DNA from: Candidatus Bathyarchaeia archaeon
Lineage (GTDB): Archaea; Thermoproteota; Bathyarchaeia; Bathyarchaeales; Bathycorpusculaceae
DNA: 60,060 nucleotides
Assembly: GCA_050012335.1 (NCBI GenBank)
Contig: JBEKHJ010000001.1
Location: 1-60,060 of the forward strand
Direction of reading: 5' to 3'
The stretch's first letter is position 1, and each line of letters opens with the position of its first letter. The position numbers and the translations under genes were made by a program. Under the pieces are notes generated by a model. That model worked only from the letters and a program-made list of their open reading frames with translations. It had not been told where the DNA came from and did not search any database. This document shows positions 48,562 to 58,905 of this stretch, in pieces.

Positions 48562-49917
48562 TTATTTGTAATTAATATCATCTGCCGATTCTGGGGGCAA
48601 TTGTTTTTTCCCAATCAAAAACGTTGCCAATAATGTGACTCCAATAATGGCTGCGGCGGCTACTGCCCATAGAGGAAAGGTACTGCTGCTTGCATAAAAT
48701 TCGTTTGGGTTGATGCTAGCAGTCGGGGTAGACAAAGGACTTGTTGTTTGAGGTGGTGTAGGTTCAGGTTTTGGCGATGGCGAAGGACTGGGCGAAGGTG
48801 AATTAGTGGGGGTGGGTGTGGTCGTAGGATTAGCTTGTTGAGGTGCGGGTGTTGGGTTCTGTGTTGGTTGGGGCGTTGGTGACTCTGTTGGAGATGGAGA
48901 TGGGGTCGGGGAAGGCGTTGGAGTTGGAGATGGTGTTGGAGTTGGAGTAGCGGTTGGTGAAGGTGATGGCGAAGGCGTCGGGGTAGGCATGGCTGTTGGT
49001 GTTGGACTAGGGGGCGGCTCAGGCCCTGTTACGGTTGGACCTGAAAACTGAAGTGGCCAACCTAGTGCCGTTATTTGGCCTGATGAACTGCTTGTGAACA
49101 TGAAGTAGTATGTATGGGAGCTAGCGGAAAGAGTTGTTGAATAGCGGTAGATACCGTTAGAGCCAGAACCGCTGTAGACAGTCATCGAATGAAGCGTGTT
49201 ATCGATGATAACGTATGGCAAGGAAGGACTCGCTCCACTCGGGTCATAGTAATTGACATAATAGGAGAAGTTTGTAGCGGTGGTTCCTGATAATGGAGCT
49301 ACATAACCATTCGACAATGTCGCTGAAGGAGCAGGTGTTGGTGTGGGCGTTGGCGTAGGGGTTGGAGTAGCGGTTGGTTTAGGTGTTGGCGTAGGCGAGG
49401 GCGAAGGGGTCGGCGTTGGGGAAGGTGATGGCGAAGGAGTTGGGGTGGGCGTAGGTGTTGGGTTGGGCGTTGGTGTAGGGGTTGGGCTCGGAGTAGGGCT
49501 TGGCGTTGGAGTTGGAGTAGGTGTAGGCGTGGGTGATGGCGTTGGAGACGGCGTAGGTGTAGGCGTGGGTGATGGCGTTGGTGTTGGCGTAGGGCTGGGT
49601 GTTGGGCTTGGGGTCGGAGTTGGTGAAGGAGTTGGAGTAGGGGTTGAAGTTGGCGTTGGAGTGGGAGTTGGATCATCCAATGGTGCTTGCCCTTGGTCAG
49701 CTAAAACCGTGAAATCGATGTTGTTTCCTTGTTTGCCATTATCTGCGGGTATTGCGTTTATGATATTGTAGTATAAAGTAATGTGGGTTGGCAGTTTATA
49801 ATTAACAAAACTCTCTACATGTGTTTCTGCTGCGAGCAGCATAACTATTGTTAAAAATAAGATAACTGCGAAATATGAAACCTTGAGAACACGTGTTTTC
49901 TTAACCATTTTTGTCAA
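48562..49917 (-). CDS. Pro/Thr/Ser-rich membrane-anchored surface protein with one Ig-like domain
   Basis: N-terminal TM, two long PT/PS tracts flanking a beta-rich domain, C-terminal TM + KK. Confidence 0.85.
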   Translation of the reverse strand: MTKMVKKTRVLKVSYFAVILFLTIVMLLAAETHVESFVNYKLPTHITLYYNIINAIPADNGKQGNNIDFTVLADQGQAPLDDPTPTPTPTSTPTPTPSPTPTPSPTPSPTPTPTPSPTPTPTPSPTPSPTPTPTPTPTPSPTPSPTPTPTPNPTPTPTPTPSPSPSPTPTPSPSPTPTPKPTATPTPTPTPTPTPAPSATLSNGYVAPLSGTTATNFSYYVNYYDPSGASPSLPYVIIDNTLHSMTVYSGSGSNGIYRYSTTLSASSHTYYFMFTSSSSGQITALGWPLQFSGPTVTGPEPPPSPTPTAMPTPTPSPSPSPTATPTPTPSPTPTPSPTPSPSPTESPTPQPTQNPTPAPQQANPTTTPTPTNSPSPSPSPSPKPEPTPPQTTSPLSTPTASINPNEFYASSSTFPLWAVAAAAIIGVTLLATFLIGKKQLPPESADDINYK

Positions 49918-50131
49918 TCTCTAAACTTAGAGGCTCTCTTTAGCTTGATCAGCGAAAAAGTAAACAATTGAGGCAAGCTGTGCTTTGTTCATAAGAGTTT
50001 ATCAAAAATAAATATCCTTGTGGATTCAGTGCAGAACCAACATGTGTATTAATCTTGTTAATGGTTTATGGAAAAAGAAAAAGGAAATAAGCGCCGAGAG
50101 GCTCACAACTAGAAGAGGGTTCTGTTGAGTT

Positions 50132-50539
50132 ATGTATGAAGGGTATGTGTTTTTGTGCAATACGTCTTCTCGGCAGCTATGCCTTAGCAGGAAACGTTAT
50201 ACTTGCGTAGGCGAGAAAACCAAGCCCGCTGAAATTAAGAAGGGTTCAGTGATTTTCCTCTATAACGTTGATGATAAGAGTCTGCTTGGACCCTTTACAG
50301 CTTTAACTGAAGGCGGAGACGAATTGGATGCAGGCACGTGGGTTATGGATGTTGATGAACATATACCGTCCGAAGATATCAAGGTAACTTGGGAAGACCT
50401 TCATATAATTCATAATGCACCTGAAAAGCTTCCATTTCTAGACGAACCTAAAACATGCAAGTTATCTACTACTCAAACGCAGCGGGTTTTGGATTTGCTA
50501 AAAGATGGACCACTTTATCTTTATGCCAAAAGCCAGTAA
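50132..50539 (+). CDS. DCD (development and cell death)-like domain protein, PUA/EVE-like fold
   Basis: GYVFLCN...C...IKKGSVIFLYNVDDKSLLGPFTALTEGG...W resembles the DCD pattern GxIFxCN...IxPGxxLFLYNxxxxxLxGxFxAxSxG. Confidence 0.7.
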   Translation: MYEGYVFLCNTSSRQLCLSRKRYTCVGEKTKPAEIKKGSVIFLYNVDDKSLLGPFTALTEGGDELDAGTWVMDVDEHIPSEDIKVTWEDLHIIHNAPEKLPFLDEPKTCKLSTTQTQRVLDLLKDGPLYLYAKSQ

Positions 50540-51085
50540 GCACAAGTTCAAGAATTTAGTGATTTGCAAGTTTCTTAGCTTCTAAACTAATAATTTTGTG
50601 GCAGTTAATGCATCGAGTAAAAGTCAACTCGAAACCATTGAGTATGTCAAAGCATTTTTGCGTGTATAGTCTTTGTTTTTCATGATTACAATTAAGTTGG
50701 CTAGTATCCACTAGCCTCTCCTCATCCATTCTCCTTCCCCAATTCTCATCACTTTTAATAGAGTAATAACTCTTTTGGAACGTAAATGTTAGCTGTAACC
50801 TGCTTTAATCGCCAGGCAGTTAAAAAAAGAAAAAAACAAATTTATTCTTGTTTTGCTACAAACTCAACCTTAACGGGTATAGGTTACTAAGCGGGTGTTT
50901 TCAAGCAGTTTTGCCTTTGCTTTAATTTTAGCTATTTCATTCACATATACGAAAAAGTAATTTAGCAAATTTAAGAATTCTGTTGCTTTAACTTGGGGTT
51001 CAAAAACTAGTGAGCAAATGTGAAGCGTTAAATATCATAATACTTGTTTTGAATTAGCGCACAAAGCTACTTGGAGAAATAAGGC

Positions 51086-52156
51086 TTGAAAAGTAAAGGT
51101 CCCTTGTTCATTGTTCCTTGGCGATGCACTTTCGCTTGTGACAGCAACTGTGTACATTGTATTTCTGCGGGCAAACCGGCTGCTGCAGACGAAGTTGACA
51201 CGGCAGGCGCCATGAAAATTGTTAATGAAGTTTACGATTTTGGCGCAAGTTTCTTCGGAATCACCGGTGGACAACCGTTTCTGCGTAAGGACCTTTTCGA
51301 CGTTATAAGTTATGCTAGAAAGCTTGGTTTGAACACAAGCATCATAACTGATGGACGCTTAATGGACCAGAAAGCCTTTGAAAACATTGTTAAAAATGAG
51401 GTTAAAATTTCTGTCAGCATCGATGGTGCAGAGAAAACAAATGATGCTATTCGTGGAAAAGGCGCTTATGCAGCTGCTGTTTCAGCGATAGAGAAGTTTT
51501 CACGCGAGAAGCTGTTAAACTGCCTTGTATACACGTTTGCCAACGCAGGCGAATCCGTAACAAACGTTAACACGGAAGATATTACGCATGTTCTTGATTT
51601 AGCACGCAAATATGATGCCCGCTGGGTGGTTTTTCACGGTTTTATCCCCTACAGCAAAGAAAAAAGCAGCCTAAAAGCTGACCCTTCACCGCAACAGTAC
51701 GAGTGGGTTTGCAACAAACTCTACGATTTAACTTCAGAGTACAATGGAAAACCAGGAATTAACGTATATATTCCATTCTACGCGCGAGTGGCAAAGCAGC
51801 GAGGGATGCCTGATTTTGATAACTGGTTCAACAACTTTTTCTTGGGCAGATGCTTCTTCGGCAAATTCATGAGCATTGCAGAAAACGGCGACGCAATTCC
51901 CTGCAGCTACAATGATGTCTACAGGCTCGGGAACATTAAGGATAAGTCGCTTAAGGAAATATGGGCTGAAATGCAAAATTCAGCGTTTTTCGTTAAAGTT
52001 AAAGATAAAAGCCACATAAAGGGCAAATGTGGCGTTTGCGAGTACCGTGAGATTTGCGGCGGCTGCCGATCTTCAGCTTTGTTTTATACTGGAGATATTT
52101 TGGGTTCAGACCCACGATGCGCTTATGTTCCTAAAGCTTTGAGGCGAAAAGAATAA
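51086..52156 (+). CDS. Radical SAM/SPASM protein (NirJ/AhbD/PqqE-like)
   Basis: CDSNCVHC, TGGQPFLR, SIDG, SPASM C...GDAIPC...CGVCEYREICGGCR...C. Confidence 0.92.
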   Translation: MKSKGPLFIVPWRCTFACDSNCVHCISAGKPAAADEVDTAGAMKIVNEVYDFGASFFGITGGQPFLRKDLFDVISYARKLGLNTSIITDGRLMDQKAFENIVKNEVKISVSIDGAEKTNDAIRGKGAYAAAVSAIEKFSREKLLNCLVYTFANAGESVTNVNTEDITHVLDLARKYDARWVVFHGFIPYSKEKSSLKADPSPQQYEWVCNKLYDLTSEYNGKPGINVYIPFYARVAKQRGMPDFDNWFNNFFLGRCFFGKFMSIAENGDAIPCSYNDVYRLGNIKDKSLKEIWAEMQNSAFFVKVKDKSHIKGKCGVCEYREICGGCRSSALFYTGDILGSDPRCAYVPKALRRKE

Positions 52157-52374
52157 GGCGCTTATCATTTTAATCTTTAAAAATATTTTTTCTTATCATC
52201 TGAGTTTAGAAACCATGTTATAACTTTAAAATAAAGAGATTCCTCTTTTCTAATGAAAAGCAAGTTTTTACACGCCAAACGCATTAAGGGTAACTAGGAG
52301 TGGCGTGCATCCAAAAAAAATACGGAAGAGAGAGGGGGATAAAGGGAATCTTAATCTGGATGCACGTCACACGT

Positions 52375-52647
52375 TTATGAACTTCTCAGGTGCTGTCGAA
52401 AGAGGGCTCCATAGTTTTTTCTTGATTTGCTATAGTTTAGCTGCGCTTTGGCTTTAGGGTAAACTAGTTTTTGCGAGCCTTTGCTTGTAATGAAGACTGA
52501 CCCGCCGTTTTTCAGGTGCTCCTTGACTTGGAAGAAGTCAACCTGTTTTGCCTCTTGAACCTCAACGTCTTCGCTAGCGTCATTTTCTAGCAGCAGAACT
52601 TGGAACACTGGAGGCTTCGTTTTTTTGTTTGCAATTAGATTCTTCAA
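52375..52647 (-). CDS. Hypothetical protein
   Basis: 90-aa TTG ORF preceded by a GGGAAGGGA RBS-like sequence and a TATA-like box. Confidence 0.7.
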   Translation of the reverse strand: MKNLIANKKTKPPVFQVLLLENDASEDVEVQEAKQVDFFQVKEHLKNGGSVFITSKGSQKLVYPKAKAQLNYSKSRKNYGALFRQHLRSS

Positions 52648-52743
52648 GAATTTTGTCCCTTCCCACAGTTTGAGAGTGATTTATATTTAATTTTAAAAAT
52701 TCTTAAAGGTATGTGATTGTCAAAGCACTACCACAAGGTTATA

Positions 52744-53400
52744 TTACTGCACAATAAACGGCAGGATTTGGCTATCTTTTAACGTTTTAACTATCAAATC
52801 GGGCTTTTCCCTTTCAAGTTCTTGTTTAGAATAAACGCCTGTTAGAACCGCAATGCAACTCATGTTTGCCGATTTAGCGGCTTTGACACCGAAAATCGAA
52901 TCCTCGATAACTACACATTTTTCAGGGCTAGTTTTTAGTTTAGGCGCGGCTTTTAAGAAAATTTGTGGGTCTGGTTTTGAGTGTGAAATTGATTCGGCTG
53001 TAAGAACGGCATCAAAGTATTTTTCCAAGCCGTTTGCTTTTAGCAAGTGGATGATTACTGAGCGGTTATTCATTGATGCTAGGCCCATTTTCAATTTGCC
53101 ATGTAACGCTTCAAGGAGCTCTTTGGCGCCCGGGAACAGTTTCACTTGGTTTGTCAGTTCGATTTCAAGCTGGCTCTTGCGTTCGATTAAGTGCTGGATT
53201 AATTTTTCGTCAAACTGCATTTTTGCTGACCGTAATGTGTCGCGGAAGGTGTCTGCTGCGCCGATTCCGATTCGGCGTTCAATATACTCGTTGCTGACTT
53301 TGCAGTTTATTTCGCTTAGGGCTTTTTGGAATGCGATAACGATTGCTTGCCGTGTGTCGGCTAGGGTGCCATCCCAGTCGAAAATAACCGCTTCAAACAT
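52744..53400 (-). CDS. HAD-superfamily phosphatase
   Basis: FDWDGTL, KPDP, IEDS..G motifs. Confidence 0.93.
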   Translation of the reverse strand: MFEAVIFDWDGTLADTRQAIVIAFQKALSEINCKVSNEYIERRIGIGAADTFRDTLRSAKMQFDEKLIQHLIERKSQLEIELTNQVKLFPGAKELLEALHGKLKMGLASMNNRSVIIHLLKANGLEKYFDAVLTAESISHSKPDPQIFLKAAPKLKTSPEKCVVIEDSIFGVKAAKSANMSCIAVLTGVYSKQELEREKPDLIVKTLKDSQILPFIVQ

Positions 53401-53411
53401 GGCTGGTCTTG

Positions 53412-54218
53412 CTAGTTTAAGTTTAGTTTTTCTCTGATTGCTTGGCTCTTCTTTGTGGCTTCTTCGATTGCGCGTATTATTGCTGGTCTGATTTGGCTTT
53501 GTTCAATTTGGTATATGGCTTCAATGGTTGTGCCGCCCGGAGTTGTTGCCATGTCCTTAATTTTTGATGGTTCCTCATGCAAGTCAATAATAAGTTTGCC
53601 TGTGCCCATTACCGTTTGGGCTGCACTAGTTAACGCTATGTTACGCGGTAACCCAACTTTTAATCCAGCATAAGTCAAAGCCTCAATAATTATCGACAAG
53701 TATCCTGGTCCACTGCCGCTTAAAGCGGTTATTGCATCCATGTATTTCTCATCGATTTCATCACATATGCCCATCATGTTTAACAATGTTTTAACTTTGT
53801 CTTTGTCCTCTTGAGTAACGTTTGCTTCGCAACAGTAAGCCGTGTAGGCTGCTTGCACTAATGCGCCAAGGTTAGGCATAATGCGAACTATCCTTGCGTC
53901 AGGAGCATTCTTCTTCAGAAATTTCAATGGAACAGTAGCGGCTACAGAAATCAACAGTTTGTCCTTGATTTCTTTGCTGATTTCCTTTAGAACTTTTTCT
54001 ACATCACCTGGTTTAACGATTATGAAGATTATGTCTGCGTCTGCGGCGGCTTTTTTGTTGTCTGTTGACGTTTTTACGCCGAGATTTTCAAATTCTTTGA
54101 GTCTTTCAGTTTGAATATCAGCCGCTGTTATTTTGCCTTGGTATCCGCCTTTCAGTAGGCTTTTGATTATGGCGCCGCCCATCATGCCTGCGCCAATTAT
54201 CGTGATTTTATCGTTCAT
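53412..54218 (-). CDS. proC: Pyrroline-5-carboxylate reductase
   Basis: GAGMMG, RIMPN, TALSGSGPGY, TPGGTTI. Confidence 0.96.
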   Translation of the reverse strand: MNDKITIIGAGMMGGAIIKSLLKGGYQGKITAADIQTERLKEFENLGVKTSTDNKKAAADADIIFIIVKPGDVEKVLKEISKEIKDKLLISVAATVPLKFLKKNAPDARIVRIMPNLGALVQAAYTAYCCEANVTQEDKDKVKTLLNMMGICDEIDEKYMDAITALSGSGPGYLSIIIEALTYAGLKVGLPRNIALTSAAQTVMGTGKLIIDLHEEPSKIKDMATTPGGTTIEAIYQIEQSQIRPAIIRAIEEATKKSQAIREKLNLN

Positions 54219-54288
54219 GATTGTTCACTTTGTTGTTTTAAGGACTGGTGGCTTTGCTCTTTAAACTTTTGTTGCTACAAAAAAATTG

Positions 54289-55509
54289 TTACCTAACACC
54301 ACTTGCTTCTTTGAGCAGTTTACGCATTGCTTGGGCAGGCGCATCAGTTCTAATGCCTCGCGTGTTAAAGTGGGTCTGTACAGCTTGGAAACCGCTGTTG
54401 CGGAGCGCTTCGAGGAAGGCTTGTATGGAAGGTGATGGAAGGCCAAGTTTTCCGCTTAGCTTATCAAGTACGTAGTAAGAGATAGGTGCTGAGGCTTCGT
54501 CTTTAGCTAAGGCGAGAAGTTTTGCGATTTTTGCGCTGTTCCTGAAAGCAACTGACTTGTTTTCTTTTATCATCAATTCAATGAAGTTTGGGTCGAAGAT
54601 GTTTCCCAACCACAGGGGACCAGCGTAGTCCATTTTTGAGCCGCATTCAGGACATTTTTCAATGCTTTTGTCGAATGGGTTGCGCGTTGTCTCTCGGTGG
54701 AAACAATTGAAACAATGCAGAATGTAGCCGAGGCTTTTGACGCTCTCATCCGCCTTCTTTGCGCCATACACGATTTGAGCATAAACCCGAATATAATGCT
54801 CACTGCTATGACTGAAAACCACTCGGATGCCAATGTCATGCTTTGCAGCTAAACTGGCGGTGCAACCCGCTAAAAGCCGAACAGCAAGCTCATGGCAATA
54901 CTCCGCTCGCAAGGGTCTGCCGCCGTACTTTCGAATGCAGGCTTTAACGTGTACTCCACACAGCGGCGCCAGGTCGGTTGCCGTTGAAGCTAATAAGCCG
55001 TTATTGCGGATTGCTCGGATGGCTGAGTCTAAGTATGGCGCTGGAGTGCCAAACGGGTCAATATCGACTATATCAAATCTTTTCTTGGGTGAGGCGTTGC
55101 AGCTTAAAACGCAGTTCGCATCCTTATGCTTAACAGCGACCAGTTTTTCAAGACCGTTGATTTGCACGTTGTGCTTTGCGAGTTTGAATGCTCGCTCGTT
55201 AATGTCGCTGATTAACACTTTTTTTACGCCTTGAATTTCGGCGGCGAAGCGGACGCCTCGGATTCCTTGGCTGGTAAAAGGGTCGCAGATGCTGATTTCG
55301 CGGTTAACCATGCGTTGGTAGGCTTGGAACGCTAAAACTGTTAGGTCACGGTTGAACTCCATGACTGGGTTGTAGAAGACTGGAGCTTTAGATGGCGCAT
55401 AGTCTGAAGGCGCAACTCCGTAGGCTTCGAGTTTTGGCACTAGAACTTGTACTTTGCCTTCTTTGATTATTTCGCTTGGAAAATCTGCCTTATAGTCCTC
55501 ATCAACCAT
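54289..55509 (-). CDS. trm1: tRNA (guanine-26-N2)-dimethyltransferase
   Basis: VFYNPVMEFNRD, GIRGVR, DIDPFGTP, TATD, CxxC...CxxC zinc finger, GPLWLG, THF...GIRTDA. Confidence 0.95.
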   Translation of the reverse strand: MVDEDYKADFPSEIIKEGKVQVLVPKLEAYGVAPSDYAPSKAPVFYNPVMEFNRDLTVLAFQAYQRMVNREISICDPFTSQGIRGVRFAAEIQGVKKVLISDINERAFKLAKHNVQINGLEKLVAVKHKDANCVLSCNASPKKRFDIVDIDPFGTPAPYLDSAIRAIRNNGLLASTATDLAPLCGVHVKACIRKYGGRPLRAEYCHELAVRLLAGCTASLAAKHDIGIRVVFSHSSEHYIRVYAQIVYGAKKADESVKSLGYILHCFNCFHRETTRNPFDKSIEKCPECGSKMDYAGPLWLGNIFDPNFIELMIKENKSVAFRNSAKIAKLLALAKDEASAPISYYVLDKLSGKLGLPSPSIQAFLEALRNSGFQAVQTHFNTRGIRTDAPAQAMRKLLKEASGVR

Positions 55510-55567
55510 GTAACGGTGCGCCTCAGCGGTTTGTTTATGAAAAGAATTTTATCGACATATTAGACTT

Positions 55568-56140
55568 ATGGTTATTAATGGTGCGAATCGGTTGCAGAAA
55601 CGTGTTTTGCTTTTAACTGGTGTTCCGGGCGTTGGAAAAACAACTGTACTCATCAAGGCAGTGGACGCCCTTAAAGCGAAGGGCATCAGTGTTGGCGGCA
55701 TGATAAGCCGGGAAGTCCGAGAAGGCAACGTACGCATAGGTTTCGAAATCATAGACTTAACCAACTCCAAACATGGATGGCTGGCGCACATCAACCAGAG
55801 AACGGGTCCGCAAGTCGGCAAGTACCATGTTAACATGGAAGACCTCGAAAAAATTGGCGCCAAAGCAATCGCGGAAGCCGTAGAAAAATGCGACGTCGTC
55901 GCTATTGATGAGATTGGTCCCATGGAGCTTTTCTCGCAGAAGTTCAAGCAAGCCGTAAAGCAAGCGTTAGAGAGCAGAAAGCTGGTGTTAGCTGTTGTGC
56001 ACGGAAAAGCCAGAGACCCGCTAATAAACGACGCAAAACAAAGAGAAGACGCAGAAACATTCACCGTAACATTGGCTAATAGGAATATGCTGGCTGAAGA
56101 GATAACAAAGAAGGCAAAACTAGGACTAAAGTACACTTAG
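55568..56140 (+). CDS. Nucleoside-triphosphatase, THEP1/HCR-NTPase family
   Basis: TGVPGVGKTT, RIGFEI, VGKYHV, IDEIGPMEL. Confidence 0.93.
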   Translation: MVINGANRLQKRVLLLTGVPGVGKTTVLIKAVDALKAKGISVGGMISREVREGNVRIGFEIIDLTNSKHGWLAHINQRTGPQVGKYHVNMEDLEKIGAKAIAEAVEKCDVVAIDEIGPMELFSQKFKQAVKQALESRKLVLAVVHGKARDPLINDAKQREDAETFTVTLANRNMLAEEITKKAKLGLKYT

Positions 56141-56207
56141 GCATTTGCTCTTAAATAAGTGGCTATAATTTTTCCGAGCAGCTACAGCGTAGCATGTCAG
56201 AAACTGT

Positions 56208-56498
56208 TTACTGTTTTTTAGTTCTTGCTTTACGCTTGGTTTCTTGCGGTTTTGACGGTTCATCCCAGTATTTGTCAAATTCTTCTGGTGACATAATGTC
56301 TAAACTGGCTAGTTGCTGGCTGAAAGCGTCAAGTGCGCACGGGTTATTCATGTGCGCATGGTAAACTTCAATTAGAAGATTTATCGCCATTGACTGCGAA
56401 ATCGGCTTTTTCGCCATGAAAGTTAACTCTTCAGCAACCTTAGCCAAATCATCATAGATTTTTTCAGGCAAATTAACGGTTTTAGCCATATCAACCAC
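56208..56498 (-). CDS. Hypothetical protein, possible ribbon-helix-helix-like DNA-binding N-terminus
   Basis: KTVNLPEKIYDDL...SQSMAINLLI. Confidence 0.75.
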   Translation of the reverse strand: MVDMAKTVNLPEKIYDDLAKVAEELTFMAKKPISQSMAINLLIEVYHAHMNNPCALDAFSQQLASLDIMSPEEFDKYWDEPSKPQETKRKARTKKQ

Positions 56499-56584
56499 TA
56501 CAAGCTCTTTGCTACTTGTTCAGCGTCTTTTTTAATTTTCGCCAAATCCTCCGCTGTTGGCTTACCCCTAATGTCGCCAAGCCT
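56498..56584 (-). pseudogene. Flavodoxin-like protein, orphan C-terminal fragment
   Basis: Translates as RLGDIRGKPTAEDLAKIKKDAEQVAKSL*; its TAG overlaps the GTG start of the next gene. Confidence 0.6.
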
Positions 56585-56691
56585 GAAAAATCAAACCTAG
56601 GAACTTTTAAGCGCTGACCTAAATCTAACCATTGCGTAAATCTAAAAATATTAGTTGCTAAGAAAAGGAAAATTGAGAAAGAAATAACGAG

Positions 56692-57045
56692 CTAAGCACT
56701 TTTTTCCGTCATTTTTATCACTGATGGTTTTTCTATCAGAGCAATTATACCGCCTAAAAGCAACATAATACCAGATAACAATAAAATTGTGCTTGTACTT
56801 ATTAATACTAACACACCTGCAACAATCATGAGACCTCCGCCATGTTTCTTACCGATAGCTGCACCATAAAACCCAATTATTCCAGCCACAAGTCCAATTA
56901 TTCCAGAGACAATAAGAGCTCCACCAGAAACGTACATGCCGCTACTCCACCAGAAAACTGTATTAAATCTGAAAACAAGTTGAAAGATAGATAACCCTAT
57001 CACAACCAAACCACCGATGAAGCCCAGATAAAAACTCCACCTCAC
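56692..57045 (-). CDS. Small Gly-rich multi-pass membrane protein (DUF4064-like)
   Basis: Three to four hydrophobic helices with GxxG patterns. Confidence 0.7.
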   Translation of the reverse strand: MRWSFYLGFIGGLVVIGLSIFQLVFRFNTVFWWSSGMYVSGGALIVSGIIGLVAGIIGFYGAAIGKKHGGGLMIVAGVLVLISTSTILLLSGIMLLLGGIIALIEKPSVIKMTEKSA

Positions 57046-57424
57046 CTTTTCGAACCCTCAAAGATAACAAATAAAATGGTATGCAAGCCATCAGTATTTA
57101 AGAATTTTTAAAAATGAAGCTTTTGAGCGCCTCATCTTCTAGCAGGCGTTCGTATTCACTCTCACCCAAGCATTTTCCTCTCGCTAAAATACGTGTCGTC
57201 GCTTGTTGCTAATAAAACTGCTTATGGTTCCGCACGAAAAGGAAAGCGGGCCCGGTGGGATTCTTTCAATTCCCGTTACTTGGGATTTTTCCTTGCACCC
57301 CTCAGTAATGAAGGAAAAAGCATACCCTTGCGGAATAAACTTGGAGTCATCGTCTGAGCTTTATGAGCGTGTATTTGCCGCCATTCAAAGCGTAAAACCC
57401 GAAAACGGCGCGGATCTGCTGAGT

Positions 57425-57544
57425 AGGCTTTTTGAAATCAACTTTTAACCCTGCATGCTCTAAACCATCTCTAATTGCATAAGCGACTTTTTCAGTATTT
57501 CCCGTATTTGACCAGTAAATTACTAACGCTGACTTCAAACTCAT
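57425..57544 (-). pseudogene. Flavodoxin-like protein, N-terminal fragment
   Basis: MSLKSALVIYWSNTGNTEKVAYAIRDGL carries the FMN-binding SxTGNTE loop; resemblance ends after about 40 codons. Confidence 0.75.
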
Positions 57545-57869
57545 CACTGCCAAATAGCTATTTAATGAATTATAAAACAGTTTATACTTAAGATTTCTAA
57601 AGGAGTTACTTCTCATCGGACAGGTTATCCAAAGCAACAGCTTATTTCTTGAGCTGTTTCTTTTTGGTTGATAACCCACTATGTACATCCTAAGAAGACG
57701 TACAAACGAATATGCCGAAGAAACCTATTACTTCAATAATTGGCGGTGGAGGCGTTCAACCGCTCAGAGCCACTTAACCCACACACTCACTTAAGGGGCT
57801 TGCATTCCCCTTTCTCTCCTAATTTCGGGTCAAGCGGTTCTGCAACCTTCATTACAAATTTTTCCACAA

Positions 57870-58163
57870 GCAAAGCACGCATGCAACATCACTTTGAAAG
57901 GCGATAGAAACAATAACAAAATGGAACGCATGAACGGAGAAATAAGAGATAGAGAAAAGACTATGAGGGGATTAAAAACTAAAGATACCGCAATTTTACA
58001 AGGATACCAACTATTCCACAATTACATTAGACCTCATGAAGCCTTAGACGGCAAAACTCCGAGCGAGGCTTGTGGGATAACAATAGAAGGACAAAATAAA
58101 TGGAAAACGCTGATTCAGAACGCTTCTAGAAACCAAGATTTACCCAACCCAAAAGGTATCTAA
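57870..58163 (+). pseudogene. C-terminal remnant of an archaeal DDE integrase/transposase (IS6-like)
   Basis: NNNKMERMNGEIRDREKTMRGLK...HNYIRPHEALDGKTPSEACGI; no upstream catalytic part is present. Confidence 0.8.
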
Positions 58164-58248
58164 TTAATAGGGAAAAACAGATGGATAACCCTAGATGAAC
58201 TAACGAAAATCTTAAAGCTCTTGGGTTATAAATCACAAATCGACTTTC

Positions 58249-58905
58249 ATGTTATCTGCAAAAAAGAAACTAAATTTGGCAATTCTCATTTTCTTTTTAG
58301 CATGGTTTATTACTGCTTCATCGATTCCCAAAGAAGATTATTTATCAGTTCCATCTTTATCGATTACTCAGCACGAAGATGCTAGCGTGAGTTTAACTAA
58401 CAACGCAATTCTTTCCTATCATATGGATGTGACATTTAGTGCAATTGGTAGTTTTAGTGTTAACAACCCCATTACAGTAACCGTTAATATAACAAATGTT
58501 AATGTAACAAATGTAAATTCGCCTAATCTGCTTGCTTATGGTGTTGGTATTGTTTTCTTGAACGCAGTTTCTTATCCAGTAGACGGTAGCAATAATGAAT
58601 ATTCTGGCGTAGTTTTCTTAAATGATGTGGGAAATGGTGAATATCAAGGGACGAACCAACTTGTTTGGTTACAAGATGGACAAACTTGGGCAGTTCTTAC
58701 TACTGGCAAACCACTTGTCCAGATTCCATATAGCTATTTCACTAGCAGTCAACCTATTCTTACAATATCTGGGGTATCTGATACACTTTCAATTATATTT
58801 AGCCAAAATACGGCTAAAATTGCTTGGCAACTAAGTGCCTTTAGCGTTATTATTCTTCAACCTGTATTAGAAGCTCTTTTTTTGAAGAAACAAGATACAA
58901 GATAA
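58249..58905 (+). CDS. Hypothetical exported/membrane protein
   Basis: N- and C-terminal hydrophobic helices, many NxT/S sequons, AT-rich. Confidence 0.75.
   Translation: MLSAKKKLNLAILIFFLAWFITASSIPKEDYLSVPSLSITQHEDASVSLTNNAILSYHMDVTFSAIGSFSVNNPITVTVNITNVNVTNVNSPNLLAYGVGIVFLNAVSYPVDGSNNEYSGVVFLNDVGNGEYQGTNQLVWLQDGQTWAVLTTGKPLVQIPYSYFTSSQPILTISGVSDTLSIIFSQNTAKIAWQLSAFSVIILQPVLEALFLKKQDTR

Noticed and set aside
57347-57688. 113-aa ORF as an intact gene
   Set aside because: Only about 40 central codons are flavodoxin-like; the rest is promoter DNA or unrelated inserted sequence.
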